A stretch of 64,000 nucleotides of DNA from the human T2T-CHM13v2.0 reference genome, Homo sapiens, in assembly GCF_009914755.1 (NCBI RefSeq), contig NC_060938.1. One strand, 5' to 3'. Of the stretch, positions 39,751 to 53,520 are shown in pieces. How positions within the stretch are numbered: the first letter of the stretch is position 1; the number at the start of each line of letters is the position of its first letter. The notes beneath the pieces were generated by a model. It was not told the DNA's origin and did no database searches. It was given only the letters and a program-made list of their open reading frames with translations. The translations under genes were made by a program, and so were the position numbers.

Positions 39751-41229
39751 CATTTATTGCTAACTGATAGCAACTTTCAGGTTTCCTCACTGTGAATTAT
39801 GAATATGAATTATGACGAAATTACTGTATCCTAATGTACCTCATGCACTATCTGACAGCCAAAGTCCCCTCTTCCCCCATGACCTCTGAGTTTTTTGGAA
39901 ACTAGAAAGAAGATACATTTCTGCAGGTGCTTTCAGAAAAAAACGTTGCCACGATCTAAGGTTACTCTGTGATGTCAAGTCATATTTCATATGTCATACA
40001 TATTCATATTTATATTCATAATTCAAAATGCACATATTCAATCAAATTAACAGGATTGAAAAGGACATTTTCTAAAATTTATACACTAAGTACCTTATAT
40101 TTTTCTAATGATCACTTTGATAGAGCAAACTTAGAATCTATGGTTTCAACAAATGAAGAAGCTTATGCAAGAGAAAACCACCATCCAACACAAGATTTTC
40201 AATGTGACCATCATTGTTACTTTTCACTAGCAATTATCCAGTTAATATACTGTGAACTGCTTTGTGACTATGGTGATTTATTTAAACCTACTGATACTTT
40301 GATTATCCCAAAAATATGAATAATACCAATTTTATAAACTTGTTCTAAAAATTAAATGAGAGAAAAATAATCCTCCTTCTCTATATATTGAAAACCTACA
40401 AAATTAGTAACATTGTGTCCAGATTTTTACACACTTACCTTATTGAAGCCTCATCACAACCCCGTGTTTTAAATTACAGGATTACTCCCAGATTTTTAAA
40501 CACTTACCTTATGCAAGTCTCATAACAATCCCATCATTTGTAGATGAGCAAACTGAGGTTCAGACGAGTTAAAAACATATTCACCATCAAATCATAATGA
40601 GTGAAGGAACTGGGATTCAAATCCAGTTCTCTCTGACACCAAAGGTGGTGCAATGTAATGAAGACCAAGTTATATCCAGCACATGGAGGGATCAAAACAT
40701 GTGGATTCCCTTTCTCTACCCTCTTACATGTTAATCTCAATGGCTTTCACTGCTTCAGAACAATCCTAAGCTCCCTCCCAGGTTGCCTTGCAGAGGATCC
40801 CTTCTTTTTGGGGACGATTAGGAATCTGCATTTTTGGACCACAGGCATCTATAAAGAGTTGTGTTGATCAAGAAATAAAATTGTCTAGGCCATAAGTTAC
40901 TGTGAATTGTCTAGCTTCTCTGCAAAAAAATAAATGGGCTATTCTCTATATTTTTTGTTATTCCATTATTGACAATAGCCTAGAATCAACCTAAGTGTCC
41001 AAGAAGACTTGGTTTAACCCAAAGGATTACTAATGTTTTCACTGTGGTCATTGTGGTAGATTATATTACCATTCTCCCATTATCTGGTCTTCCTGCTGTA
41101 GTGGCCCTATCTCCTAGAAGATTATACATTTCTGTCCTATTGAAGGAAGGGTCAGATTTAGACATGTGACCTGTTTGGCCAGTGAAATGCAGGTAGAAGT
41201 GGCATGTGTAACTTGTAAGCAGAAAATTT

Positions 41230-41578
41230 CCTTTTTCAAGGATCTGGGAGCCATCTCTTTCAAACGTAATCCTCCAGAAAGATAATACCATATTTCCCAG
41301 TCTCCATGAGAGAGTAAGAGCCTAATCTTGCTCCAAGTTGTAAAAATTACCTTATATCACAAAGATAAAATAAAGTTTATTTTTCCTTTGAAAAAAGACA
41401 GTTAGCAAAGACAGGTGGCCTATGATCACCCCCTTACCCTCATTTTCAAAAACTCCACGGCCCTTTGTATAAGGGGAGCTGAGTTCAGACTAGGTCTGGA
41501 CTCTCTCCAGTATTGCAATAGCTTGAATAATATCTTCCTTACTTATTTAACTTTTTCCAGTGCAATTTTTTCTTTGAC
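41230..41578 (+). mobile_element. ERV1 solo LTR (MER34-like)
   Basis: ttttcaaggatctgggagccatctctttcaaa...ggagctgagttcag...gcaatagcttgaataa...tttctttgac. Confidence 0.6.
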
Positions 41579-44500
41579 TCTTTCCTCCCTCTCTAAAACT
41601 TACATTGAAATTTTAGTAGGATTCAAGGCAGCCAATCTCGAAGCTTGAATATATAAAAGAACCCTTTAATATTAAAAAACCCATATTATCTTCCATAAGT
41701 TATTTCTTCAGACTATTGCCTTATTAAAATTTTCTAGTTCTTATTTTTGCACTGAAAAAGAGAATGATGATTTTTAAATAAGTTCCTACTCACTTTTAAT
41801 TTCTACTATGACAGTTTTATTACTTTTCATGGCAATAGATTCCTCTGGTTCAACAAGAAGGGCAGAACAAGGAAGTACAGAAACATCTCAATATATCTCA
41901 AAAAGTTATTTAACATGGACAGTGTCATTTAGTATCTTTAACATCCCTATCAAATGGATGCCATTATTATCCCCCTTTTACAGGATATTAAAACTTACAT
42001 ACTGTAAATAACCAGCTGAAAGTCATATAGCATGGAAAATACAATAAGCATACAAAGAAGCGATGGCATTTGAAGTGGAGGAGGGTGAAGGATTAAAAGG
42101 CTAAACTTAGTTTGGTTAAGAAAAAAGAATACTAGAAGGTGGCAAACTCGTGTTGGAAAGGGGAAGGATTTGGGCACAGCAAGGTAATGGAGTAGATCTC
42201 TCCAGTAATCATACCCCTATGGACACATCTATATGAACAACTATCCACATATGAAATTAACTGTACAAGAGCTAATGAACCCTGAATACATGAGTGAGTC
42301 AATGAAACCCCTTTGGACTGCAAAGAGGAGTAAAACCATGCTTGGGCAGTAAGGGAAACAGTACTCTGTGACTGTGATACTCCTCCCCCAGGCCATAATG
42401 GTATTATATGCAGAAAGTCCTCCTGAACTCACAGTTCTTACACTGAATAAAGTGAGCAGAAGTTGAATATTTTTTCCACCATACTGAGTGCCTTCACAGT
42501 AGACTCACTCCTGCATCAGCCCACAAGCAGCCCCATGAGTGTCAACAGAGCTGAACCACCAGAGGCATGCTAGGGACATACAGAAGGGATTGCGTTAGCA
42601 ATACTTACTATATGAAACTTAGCAGTGGCTAGCCATTCCTACCAGAGGAAATATTATACCAGACAGGTTGTTTATGGGCACCACACTGTGGGAAACATGA
42701 TACACAGACTGTCCAGATTTGATGGCCTGACTTGTTCTCCCCCCACAGACAGCAGCCTTTCTGTGGATCACCCATGGGCCCATCCAGTTACATTGCATCA
42801 GTGGTGAAGCTCCATTGCAAGACTTATGTCTAACCTTTGTTTTGGACACCTCCTAATGTTAAAATGGAATATAATGTAAATCCAGACAGAATTTCTAAAC
42901 AAGCCCACTGAGAAACAGTCAAAAACAAACCCAGACTGAGAAGATTGAAATAAATATTTAATTCATCAATGTGTAGACAGAGATGCACATCTAAAAAAAT
43001 AAGAATAGCCTAGGAAAAACTGCCTCACCAAATGGAGAAAACAAGGTGTCAGCAACTGAACCTAAAGACATGCAAATGAATGATGTGGCAGACAAAAAAA
43101 TTCAAATAGCTGTTTTTTTTTAAGAAAAACAAATCTCTGAACTTCAACAAAGTACAGAGAAACAATATGGAAATTTATGAGAAACTCAACAAAGAATTTA
43201 AAATAATGGGAAAAAATCAAACGGAAATCCTGGAGGTAGAAAGTTCAGTAAACAAACTGAAAAATGCACTAGAGGGCATCAAGAGCAGAACTGATCAAGT
43301 AGAAGGAAAAAAACAGTGAGCTCAAAGACAGGCTCTTTGAAAATACACTGTCAGAGTAGAAAAGAGAAAAAAATGAGAAGAAACAAAGAAAACTTATGAG
43401 ATCCATGGGACACCATCAAAAAAACTAATCTACAGTGTTAAAGTGGAACTAAGAATGAAAAAGAGTTAGAAGCTTATTCAGAGAAATAACAGACAACTTT
43501 TTAAACTTGGAGAAGGATTAAGATGTTTAGGATGGCCAAAGCTCACTAATCTGATTTAATCTGAATAAGACAACCACAAGACACATTATAATTAAACTTT
43601 CAAACGTCAAAAACAAACAGTAGGTCCTGAAAGCATTAAGAAAAAGGAAGCATATAACACATAAGAGAATTCCAATGTGCCTGGCAGCAGACTTCTCAGC
43701 AGAAACAATATGGGCCAGGAGAGAGTAGGATAATAGAATCAAATGCTGAAGAAAAAAAAACTGTCAACCATGAATACAGTATCCAGCACAGCTCTCATTT
43801 AGAAATGAAGGAGAGGTTAAAACATTCTAAGACAAACAAAAGATAAAGGAATTCATTGTAACCATACCTGCCTTAAAAGAAATGTTAAAGAACAGTCTTC
43901 AAATTGAAAAAAAAGGTCACTAATATGTAATACAAAAAATTGGAAGGTATAAATCTGCAGGTAAAAATAAATATTCAGACAAATTCAGGATGCTCTAATA
44001 TAGTAATAATTGAATGTAATCCACTTACATGTTTTTAGTAAGAAGGTTAAAATACAAAACAAAAACAATAAAAACTACAATAATTTGTTAAGGGATAAGT
44101 GATATAAAAGATGTAAATTAAGACATCAAAAATGCAAAATGTGGGGGAGTGACTGAGTTAAAGAGCAGAGTGTTTGCTTTTCCCCATTTCTTATTATCAA
44201 AATTAAGTTGTTATCCATTCAAAATTACCTGTTGAAACTATAAAATATTCTTCACATGCCTCATAGTAACCAAAAGGCAAACACTTTTATTAGATACACT
44301 AAAAATAAAAGAACAAGAAACAAAAACACACAGAGAAAATCACTTAACTACAAAGGAAGACAACAAAGGGACAAAAAGGTACAAAAATTCTAAAAGACAA
44401 CAAGAAAACAGTATATGGCAGTACAAGTCCTTATCTATCAATAATTACCTTGAATGGAAATAGATTAAACTATCCAGTAAGAAGACAGAGAATGGGTAAA

Positions 44501-45786
44501 TGGATTAAAAACAAGACCTAACTATATTCTTTCTACAAGAGACTCCCATCACCTGTAAATACACACAAAAATTGAAAGTGACCAGATGAAAAAATATATT
44601 TTATGATAATGGAAACCAAAGAATGCAGAAGTAGTTATATTTATATCAAATAAAATAGACTTCAAGTAAAAAAAAGTAAACACAGACAAACAAGGCCATT
44701 ATGTAATAATAAAGGGGTCAGTACAACAAGAGAATACAATAATTGTAATTATATAATGCACTCAACATTGGAGAACCTAAATATATAAAGCAAACATTAA
44801 TAGATCTAAAAGGAGAGACAAAAAGCTGTACAATAATAGTAAGAAACCTCGACATCCGATTTTCAGCAATGAACAGATCATTGAGAGAGAATCTCAACAA
44901 AGAAACATTTGAACTGCACTCTAGATCAAAAGAATTTAACAGCTATTTACATAACATTTCATCCAACAATTGCATAATTCACTGTCTTTTCACCTGCATA
45001 TGGAATATTGTCCATGATAGATATGTTAGACCACAAAACAAGTCTTAGCTAATCAAAACAACAAATCATATCACGTGTTTTTTTAACCATATGGAATAAA
45101 GATAGAAATAAACAACAGGAGGAACTTCAGAAATTGTGCAAATACATACAAATTAAACAACATATCCTTAAACAACCAATGGGTCAATGAAAAAAATTTA
45201 ATTTTAAAAATATCTGAAGACAAATAAAAATGAAATCAGAACATATGAAAACTTATGAAATACAGCAAAACAGTCCTTAGAAGGAAGTTTATAGCAATAC
45301 ATTTCTACATCAATAAACAAGAAAGATAATAAATAAACCATCTAACAAGGTATTTCAAGGAACTATAAAATCAAGAACAAACTAAGACCCAAATTAGCAA
45401 AAGGATATAAATATCAGAGCACAAATATACAAAATGAAGACAAAAAATACAAACGACTAATTAAATGAAGGAATCTTTTTTGAAAACGTAAAATTGACAA
45501 ATGCTTTGTCAGACTAAGAAAAAAAGAGAAAATTCACATATAATCAGAGATGAAAAAGGATATACTATGATAGACTCTAGAGAAATATAAGAAATCATGA
45601 GTAAGTACTACAAACAATTATACACCAATAAATCGAAAAACTTAGAAGAAATACGTATGCTCTGGACACATATAACCTATCAAAATTGAAGAAAGAAGAA
45701 ATAGAAAATGTGAACACACCAATGACAAATAATGAGATTGAAGGAGCGATTTAGGCTCTCAGTCAAGGAAAATCCAAAAGACTTCA

Positions 45787-46059
45787 CACAGTAGCTCACA
45801 CCTGTAATCTCACAGTTTAGGAGCCCAAGGCAGGAGAATCACTAGAGGCCAGGAGTTCAAGATTTGCCTGGGCAACACAATGAGACTCCATCTCTAAACA
45901 TAAAAATAAAAATTATCCAGGTATAGTGGTGTGTATTTGTACTCAGGAGGCTGAGGCAGGAGGATCACTTAAGACCAGGTGTTTGAGGCTGCAGTCAGCT
46001 ATGACTCCACCACTGTATGCCAGCCTCAGTGATAGAGTGAGACCCTGTCTCTAAAAAAA
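45787..46059 (+). mobile_element. AluJ inserted in L1
   Basis: gctcacacctgtaatc...tttgaggctgcagt...gagaccctgtctctaaaaaaa. Confidence 0.88.
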
Positions 46060-48291
46060 TAGAGGAAGAAAGAAAAGTTCACGACTTGGTGGTTTTCACT
46101 GACAAATTCTACAAAACATTTAAAAAATTTATACAAATTATTTTAAAAAAATGCAAAGGAGGGAACTCTTCCAAACTCATTCTATGAAGACAGCATTTCC
46201 TGATTCCAAAATGAGACAAGAACAGCAAATAAAAGAAAACTCCAGGCCAATATCATTGATAAACATAGATGCAAACATTCAAAACCAGCAGTTCTAGCAA
46301 TGATATTTCAAAAGCACATTAAAAAGATTATCCACCATAATCAAATGGTATTTACCCGGGGAGGTAAGGATAGTCTAATACCTGTAAATCAATAAAATGT
46401 GATACATCATATTAAACAATGAAGGATAAAAAACATATAATCATTTCAATAGATGCAGAAAAAGCATTTGACAAAATTAAACATCTTTTTATGATCAAAC
46501 CTTTTAACAAATTAGTTATAAAAGAACATAATAAAATAAAGACCATATGTGATAATCCACAGGCAACATTGTACTGAATTGTGGAAACTTGAAAGGTTTG
46601 CCTCTCGGATCTGGAACAAGACAAGAATGTTCACTTTAATCACTTTTTTCAACATAGTACTGGAAGTCCTAGTCAGAACAATTAGGTAAGAGAAAGAAAT
46701 AAAAGGCATCCAAATTGGAAAAAAAAAGTCAAATTGTCCCTCTTTGAAGATGACATGATCATATATGTAAAAAACCCTAAATATGCCACTGAGAATCAGA
46801 AATAGTAAATGAATACAATAAGGTTTCAGGATACAAAAGCAACATAAAAAATCAGTAACATTTCTATACACCAATAGCAGACTATCTGAAAAAGGAAGCA
46901 AGAAAGTAATCCCATTTAAAATAGCTATTAAAAAAACAAAATACCTACAAGTAAATTAAGCCACGGAAAGATGAAAATTATTAAACATTGATAAAAACAA
47001 TTAAAAAATTAAAATAAATAGAAAGATATCCCATGTTCATGGACTAGAAGAATTAACATTGTTGAAATGACCATACTATGCAAATCAATCTATAAATCCA
47101 ATATAACCTCTATCAAATTTCCAATTTCATTCTTCACAAATATTAAAAAATATCTTAAAATTCATGTGAAACTACAAAACACCCCAAATAGCCAAATAAA
47201 TCTTAAGCAAAAAGAGCAATGCTAGAGGTATTACACTATCTAATTTCAAAATATATTACAAAGCTATCTTAACTAAAACAGCATGGTATTGGCATAAAAA
47301 CAGGCATGTAGACCAGTGGAACAAAAATAGAGAGCCCAGGCATAAAACCACATATTTACATGCAACTTATTTTTGACAAAGGTGCAAACATTCAATTGGG
47401 AAAAGACAGTCTTTTCAACAAATGGTGCTGGGAAAGTGCATATCCACATACAAAAGAATGAAAGTAGACCCCTATCTCTCATCATATACAAAAATCAACT
47501 CAAAATAAATTAAATATTTAAATGTAAGACCCCAAACTATGAAACTAGTAGAAGAAAACTTAGGTGAAATGTTATATGTCATTGGTCTGGGCAAGGACTT
47601 TTTAGAAAAGACATTGAAAGTCATGAACAACAAAAGCAAAAATAAACAAATGCGATTACACCAAATAAAAACTTCTGCACTGCATAGGAAACAATCACAA
47701 GAGTGAAGACACAACCTACAAAATGGGAGAAAATATCTGCAAACTATTCACTTCATAAGGGGTTAATATCCCAAATTTATAGAAAACCCAAACAACTCAA
47801 TAGCAAAAATACAAATAATTGGATTAGAAAATAGTCAAGACAGCTGAATAGACATTTCTCCAAATAAGACAAAAAAAATCACCAACAGGTAAACGAAAAA
47901 ATGCTCACCATCACTAATAATCAGAGAAATGCAAGTCAAATCCACAGTGAGATATCATCTCACCCTGCTTAGAATGCTTTTTATGAAAAAGTCAAAAAAT
48001 AACAAATGCTGGCAAGGATGTGAAGAAAGGGGAATTTTCATACACTGTTGGTGGAAATGTAAATTAGAGCAACTGTTATGGAAAACAATATAACTTCCAA
48101 AAACATTAAAAATAGACTTATCACATAATCCAACAATCCCACTACTGGGTATATATTCAAAGATTATTAAATCAGTATGTCAAAGAGATTTCTGGACTCT
48201 CATGTTAATTACAGCACTATTCACAATAGCCTAGAATTAACCTAAGTGTCCATCAATGAATGAATGGAGAAAGAAAATGTGGCATATATGC

Positions 48292-48581
48292 TGTATTTGG
48301 TCATTCTTGCATAGCTATAAAGAAATACCTGAGATTGGATAATTTATAAGAAAAGAGACATAATTGGCTCCTGGTTCCATGGGCTGTACAGGGAGCATAC
48401 TGCCAACATCTGCTTGACTAGTCAGGAAGTTTGGGAACTCATTCACTATCATGAGGATAGCACCAAGCCATGAGGGATCCACCTCCATGACCCAAACAGC
48501 CCCTACCAGGCCCAATCTCTAACAGTGGGGATTACAATATAACATGAGATATGGGTCAGGACAAATATCCAAACTATATCA
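48292..48581 (-). mobile_element. MSTB-like solo LTR inserted in L1
   Basis: tgtatt...ccaaactatatca; 5-bp TSD tatgc/catgc. Confidence 0.85.
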
Positions 48582-50382
48582 CATGCACATTTGGCTATAA
48601 TAAAGGGTAAAATCGTGTCACTTGTGACAATATGAATGAGCATAGACGACATTGTGGTAAGTGAAATAAGCTAACCACGGTAAGACAAATATCACATGAT
48701 CTCATTCTTATGTGAAATCCAAAAACACTGATCTAATAGAGAGTAGAAGAGTGGTTACCAGACTGGGAAAGATAGGGAGGAGAGGTTTTAACAATGTGTC
48801 ATGTATCAAAATACCACATTGTACCCCATCAACATGTGAAATTATCATGTATCCACTTAATAAAAGAAAAAAGAAAATGGAAGAGTTAAGATACTGGGGC
48901 ACTGGAAGAGATAGAAGAGAAGGTGAGTTGGCAGTAAGGAAGAGAGAGTCTGAAAGAGCATGTCACAGAGTGGAACATTTAAGTTTATAACATTAGAAAT
49001 CAATTTTTAAATTATTGAAAAGTTAAGTTTATAGCCATGAAAGTGAGTAGTAGCTCAATTGAAGTGAAAGTAAAAGTCAATGAAAGATTAAATTAGAAAA
49101 TATATTGCTTGGCATTTAGTAATTACTTCAGAAATATTAATAAATCTTAAGAAAATTAAGAACACCAAATCATTCATAGTGGGCCATTATCATAATACGA
49201 ATTTATGTGGTAATATTTTATTCTTTCCAGTGAAGGGAGTAATTCAACAGTCTTGGTTATAGGTTAGAAAATGATTTCTCCAGGTGTGACCCACTGACCC
49301 CATTCATTGTATTTGAATTGCTTGAGCAATTTGTTTCAGGAGAAAATGGAAAGATTTTAAGATGGACCAACGAAATTACCACTGAGTGTCTTTAATGGAA
49401 ATCTCATCCTTGTCTAGAATAACCTGGGTTATCTGTTTCTATAGGGTCTCTGTGCCTTTTGTTTTCTTTGTTATTTGCAATTCTGTTAGTTGTAGATTAC
49501 TGATAGTAATGCAAATATTCTTGTCTATAGACAGGCAAATGATTGATTTTGGTGGAAGTATAATTAATTTTCCTTTTTCCACCTTCCATCAAGAAGTCAG
49601 TTTTGAACCTATCAAGCAAATTTATTTCAGTGTTCCTTAGTGCCTAGATATGTGTCGCTCTTTCCATAAAACTTAGTATAACATCTTACTGGCTCCCTCA
49701 TTAAATAAATGAGTTAAAAATCTTAGACAAGTGTTCATTTTATATTTGTAAGTCATAATTTACCCTATTTTAAGCAATTTTCCTTTATCATTCCTAAAAA
49801 TCCAGATTCCTATGTCCCATGCTAGACCTATTGAATCAAAATCTCAGGCTGAAGGCACAAGAATTTACATTGTTAGTAAGCTTTTCTAGTGATTTTTAGG
49901 CATACTAAATTGTATTAACCTTTACCATTCTAATTCTTTAAACTGGAATTATTGTATTTATAATTCCATCTTCGTCAAATTAAACTTTTGGTTAGCAAAT
50001 ACGGTAGAAACCCCCTTATTCAATCAGATTGGGACCAGTAATAAACAGATTAATCACAAATTTAAGTTAGATGGAGGAATCATAAGAAGTATTAGATGTA
50101 AGTCCTTAAAACAACTTTAATTTAAAAGACATGTGTAAATAAATTTGCCAGAATTTTGATGACAAGGTCAAAGTCTTGCACGGATTCAGAGTGGAGTTTC
50201 TTGTGGAAACTATGCCAATGATACGTTGTCATGGATTTCTTGTTCACTTTCTGTGAAGACAACTGGGGTAAAGCAATCTGAAATCCTAGATTACACAATT
50301 TTTCCCATTTGTTTCTAGTTGTCTTGCCAACAGTTAAGCTGACAGCAACTGTTTGAGTTTCTCATTTTTCCAACACATTTAG

Positions 50383-50732
<350 letters not shown>

Positions 50733-51011
50733 ACATAATATTTAATTAAATCGCATAGTTACAAGAACAAGAACAAATGGTGTAAACATATTTAGGAATC
50801 AACACAGCTTCCTCTTAGAAACTATACAATTTCTGTAATGGAAGGAGAAATGTACAGGCATTAAAAGTAGCTCAAAGGCTTTCAGTTTACAGTGGACATC
50901 AGTCAATAAGTTGTACAGGGGTACCAGAAAGTGCTGATTGCAAATCAGTTAAGTGGAGGTCAGTTAAGGCAGCATCCACTGTATCCTAATTTGAAAAGTG
51001 AATGTTCTAAA

Positions 51012-51185
51012 ACTGGGTTCACTTTTGCTATAAAGGACCAGATGATAAATATTTTAGGCTTTGCGAACCATACGGTCTCTATAGCAACCATTCAACTCTA
51101 CCATTGTAGCAGGAAAGCACAATAGATCCATGGATGTGCTCCAATAAAACTTTATTAAAACAGGCAGCTGGTCTGAGGACCATGT
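51012..51185 (+). mobile_element. MER58A DNA transposon
   Basis: taaaggaccagatgataaatattttaggctttgcg...tccaataaaactttatt. Confidence 0.85.
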
Positions 51186-52474
51186 ATATATCTTGCTGTT
51201 TTCATACAATTTTCTAAGTTAGTAGTTCCCTGCCTTTTTAACAATCAAGGATTACTTTTAATCCTCTCTTCTGATTTTATGTTTCAACAGACTTAAGAAA
51301 ACCCCACAAAATATATTTATTTTGTAATTTTGGGGGGGTTCTTATTTTACTAATAAGTAATGAATGATATATAAAGGCTACCTACTAGGTCAGTATGAAA
51401 TAATCAACATTATTAACTCTAATGACTTATTTCTGGATAGAAATAAAAAGTATTCAACTATATATATATAACTTAAAACCTGTATAGCTTTTTCTGGTGT
51501 AAATATATAACTTTTTGAGATTTTTCAAGTATTAAATACAACATTTGTGAATCCTCACACCTGGCTCCCTATGATGACATTCAAGAATTCTTAGGATTCT
51601 GGGAATCTTAGAATGAAAGTCACTGCTCTGTTGGAATGAATGAATGAATGAATAAGAAAGGGAAGGAAGAAGAAAGAGCATGTTTACTAAATGTAAATTA
51701 ATCATCAACGAACGTTTATTTTATTAATAAATTTGTCAACTTTAGGTTGCCAAATCTAACAAGATACCAACATGGCATTCATGGTGATCACACCTCTAGT
51801 CAAATTTTATTTTAATTCATTGACTATAGTATTAATATCCTGAAATACTCAAAAATTCTGTCCTAATTCTGTGAATAATTCACTTATTAATCACCCTATA
51901 CACTACTTAATGAATGGAATGGTGCTTGGAATAAACATAATTACAGGGCTAAAAGGGTTTTCTCTAGAGGCAGGTTATAAGATTTTGTTGTCTGACTGGA
52001 ATAAAACAAAATTAATCAATATTTTCTGCAACCAGTGGCTTTTGACTTAGTCGTCTATTAATATCTATCAATCACTATAACCTCAGTCCTATTTCTTCCA
52101 TTCTTCTTTTTGCTATCATAAAAACTTGTCCATTTTTTTTCCTGTTTGATCTATATGTTTCTCCTCTTTTCTTTTCATCCAAACAACTGGGCATCAACTT
52201 AGTACAGATAGTGCAATTGATCCGAACCCTACAGAACTCACTGTTTCCATTTACATAACTTACATAACTGTCAAGCTGAAATCATTCTCAAATATTTTAA
52301 TTCAAAATTTTAATTTCATTTAATCATATTTATTTATTCATTAATTTATTTATTTTGAAAATAATTTTAACTTGTATTTTACATTCAGGGGTACATGTGC
52401 CAGTTTGTTACATGGGTATATCTCATAATGCTGAGTTTTGGGGTATGAATGATCCCGTCATCCAGATGCTGATT

Positions 52475-52855
52475 TGGTATGGTTTGACTCTGTGTCCCCA
52501 CCCAAATCTCATGTTGAATTATAATTCCCAATGTAGGGGGAATGACCTGGTGGGAGGTGATTAGCTCATGAGAGCAGACTTCCCCTTTGCTGTTCTTACA
52601 TGGTAAGTGAGTTCTCATGAGATCTGATGGTTTAAACATATGGTACATCCCCCCGGCTCACTTGCTCTCCTGCCGCCATGGTAGAAAGTGCCTTGCTTCC
52701 CCCTTCACCTTCTGCCATGATTATAAGTTTCCTGAAGCCTCCCAGCCATGCTTCCTGTACAGCCTGTGGAACTGTGAGTCAATTAAACCTCTTTTCTTTA
52801 TAAATTACCCAGTCTCAGGTAGTTCTATATAGCAGTGTGAGAACAGATTAATACA
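52475..52855 (+). mobile_element. MSTA/THE1D-like solo LTR
   Basis: tggtatggtttgactctgtgtccccacccaaatctcatg...attaataca. Confidence 0.88.
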
Positions 52856-53113
52856 TGAGCATAGTACCCAATAGTTAGTTTGTCAAACCTTGCCTTCCTC
52901 CTTCTCCCCTCTAGTAGTCCCAGTGTTTATTCTTTCCATCTTTATGTCCATAAGTACCCAGTGTTTAGCTCCCACTTATAATTGAGATCATGTGGTATTT
53001 CGTTTTGTATTCCTGCATTAATTTACTTAGGATAATGGCCTTCAGCTGCATCCATGTTGCTTCAAAGGACATGATTTTGTTATTTTTATGGGTGCATAGT
53101 ATTCCATGGTGTG

Positions 53114-53520
53114 TGAAATCGTTTGGAAGCTGGCCCCTATAAATCTCATGGTGAAATGTAATCCTCAGGGTTGGAGGTGGGGCCTGGTAGGAGGTGTTTG
53201 GGTCATGGGGGTGGATCTCTCATGACCTGATACTGTCCTTGTGATAGCGAATTCTTTCGAGATCTGGTTGTGTAAGGGTGTGTGGTACTTACCCCCACTC
53301 CCATTCTCTCTTGCTCCTGCTCTGGCCATGTGATGAGCCTACTCCCTCTTCACCTTCCATCATGAGTAAAAGCTCCCTGGAGACACCACAGGTGCCATCA
53401 GATGCCGTCACCATGCTTCCTGTACAGCCTGCAGAGCTATGAGCCAATTAAATCTCTTTTCCTTATAAGTTACCCAGTCTCAGGTATTTCTTCATAGCAA
53501 TGCAAGAATGGCCTAATACT
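53114..53520 (+). mobile_element. MSTB-like solo LTR
   Basis: aaatctcatggtgaaatgtaatcc...gcaagaatggcctaatac; TSD gtgtg on both sides. Confidence 0.88.

Larger units (their letters stand above)
37919..40531. repeat. Local direct duplication of a ~400-bp AT-rich segment: copy A 37919-38038 plus 38496-38801; copy B 40047-40462; short third copy 40487-40531
   Basis: Shared blocks ttctaaaatttatacactaagtac, caagattttcaatgtga, tgtgaactgctttgtgactatg, ataatcctccttctc, cattgtgtccag, acttacct. Confidence 0.93.
42190..48870 (+). mobile_element. Near full-length old L1 (L1M-type); ORF1 ~42980-43920 and ORF2 from ~44417, both disrupted
   Basis: ORF1 text gcagacttctcagcagaaac; endonuclease start tcaataattaccttgaatg; RT text atttcaatagatgcagaaaaagcatttgacaaaatt and tttgaagatgacatgatc; 3' UTR. 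Confidence 0.92.

Noticed and set aside
42190-48870. Active L1
   Set aside because: ORF1 and ORF2 are broken by many stops and frameshifts and by Alu and MST insertions
51633-51653. (GAAT)n as satellite II/III
   Set aside because: Only about 5 units, typical of an L2 tail or simple repeat
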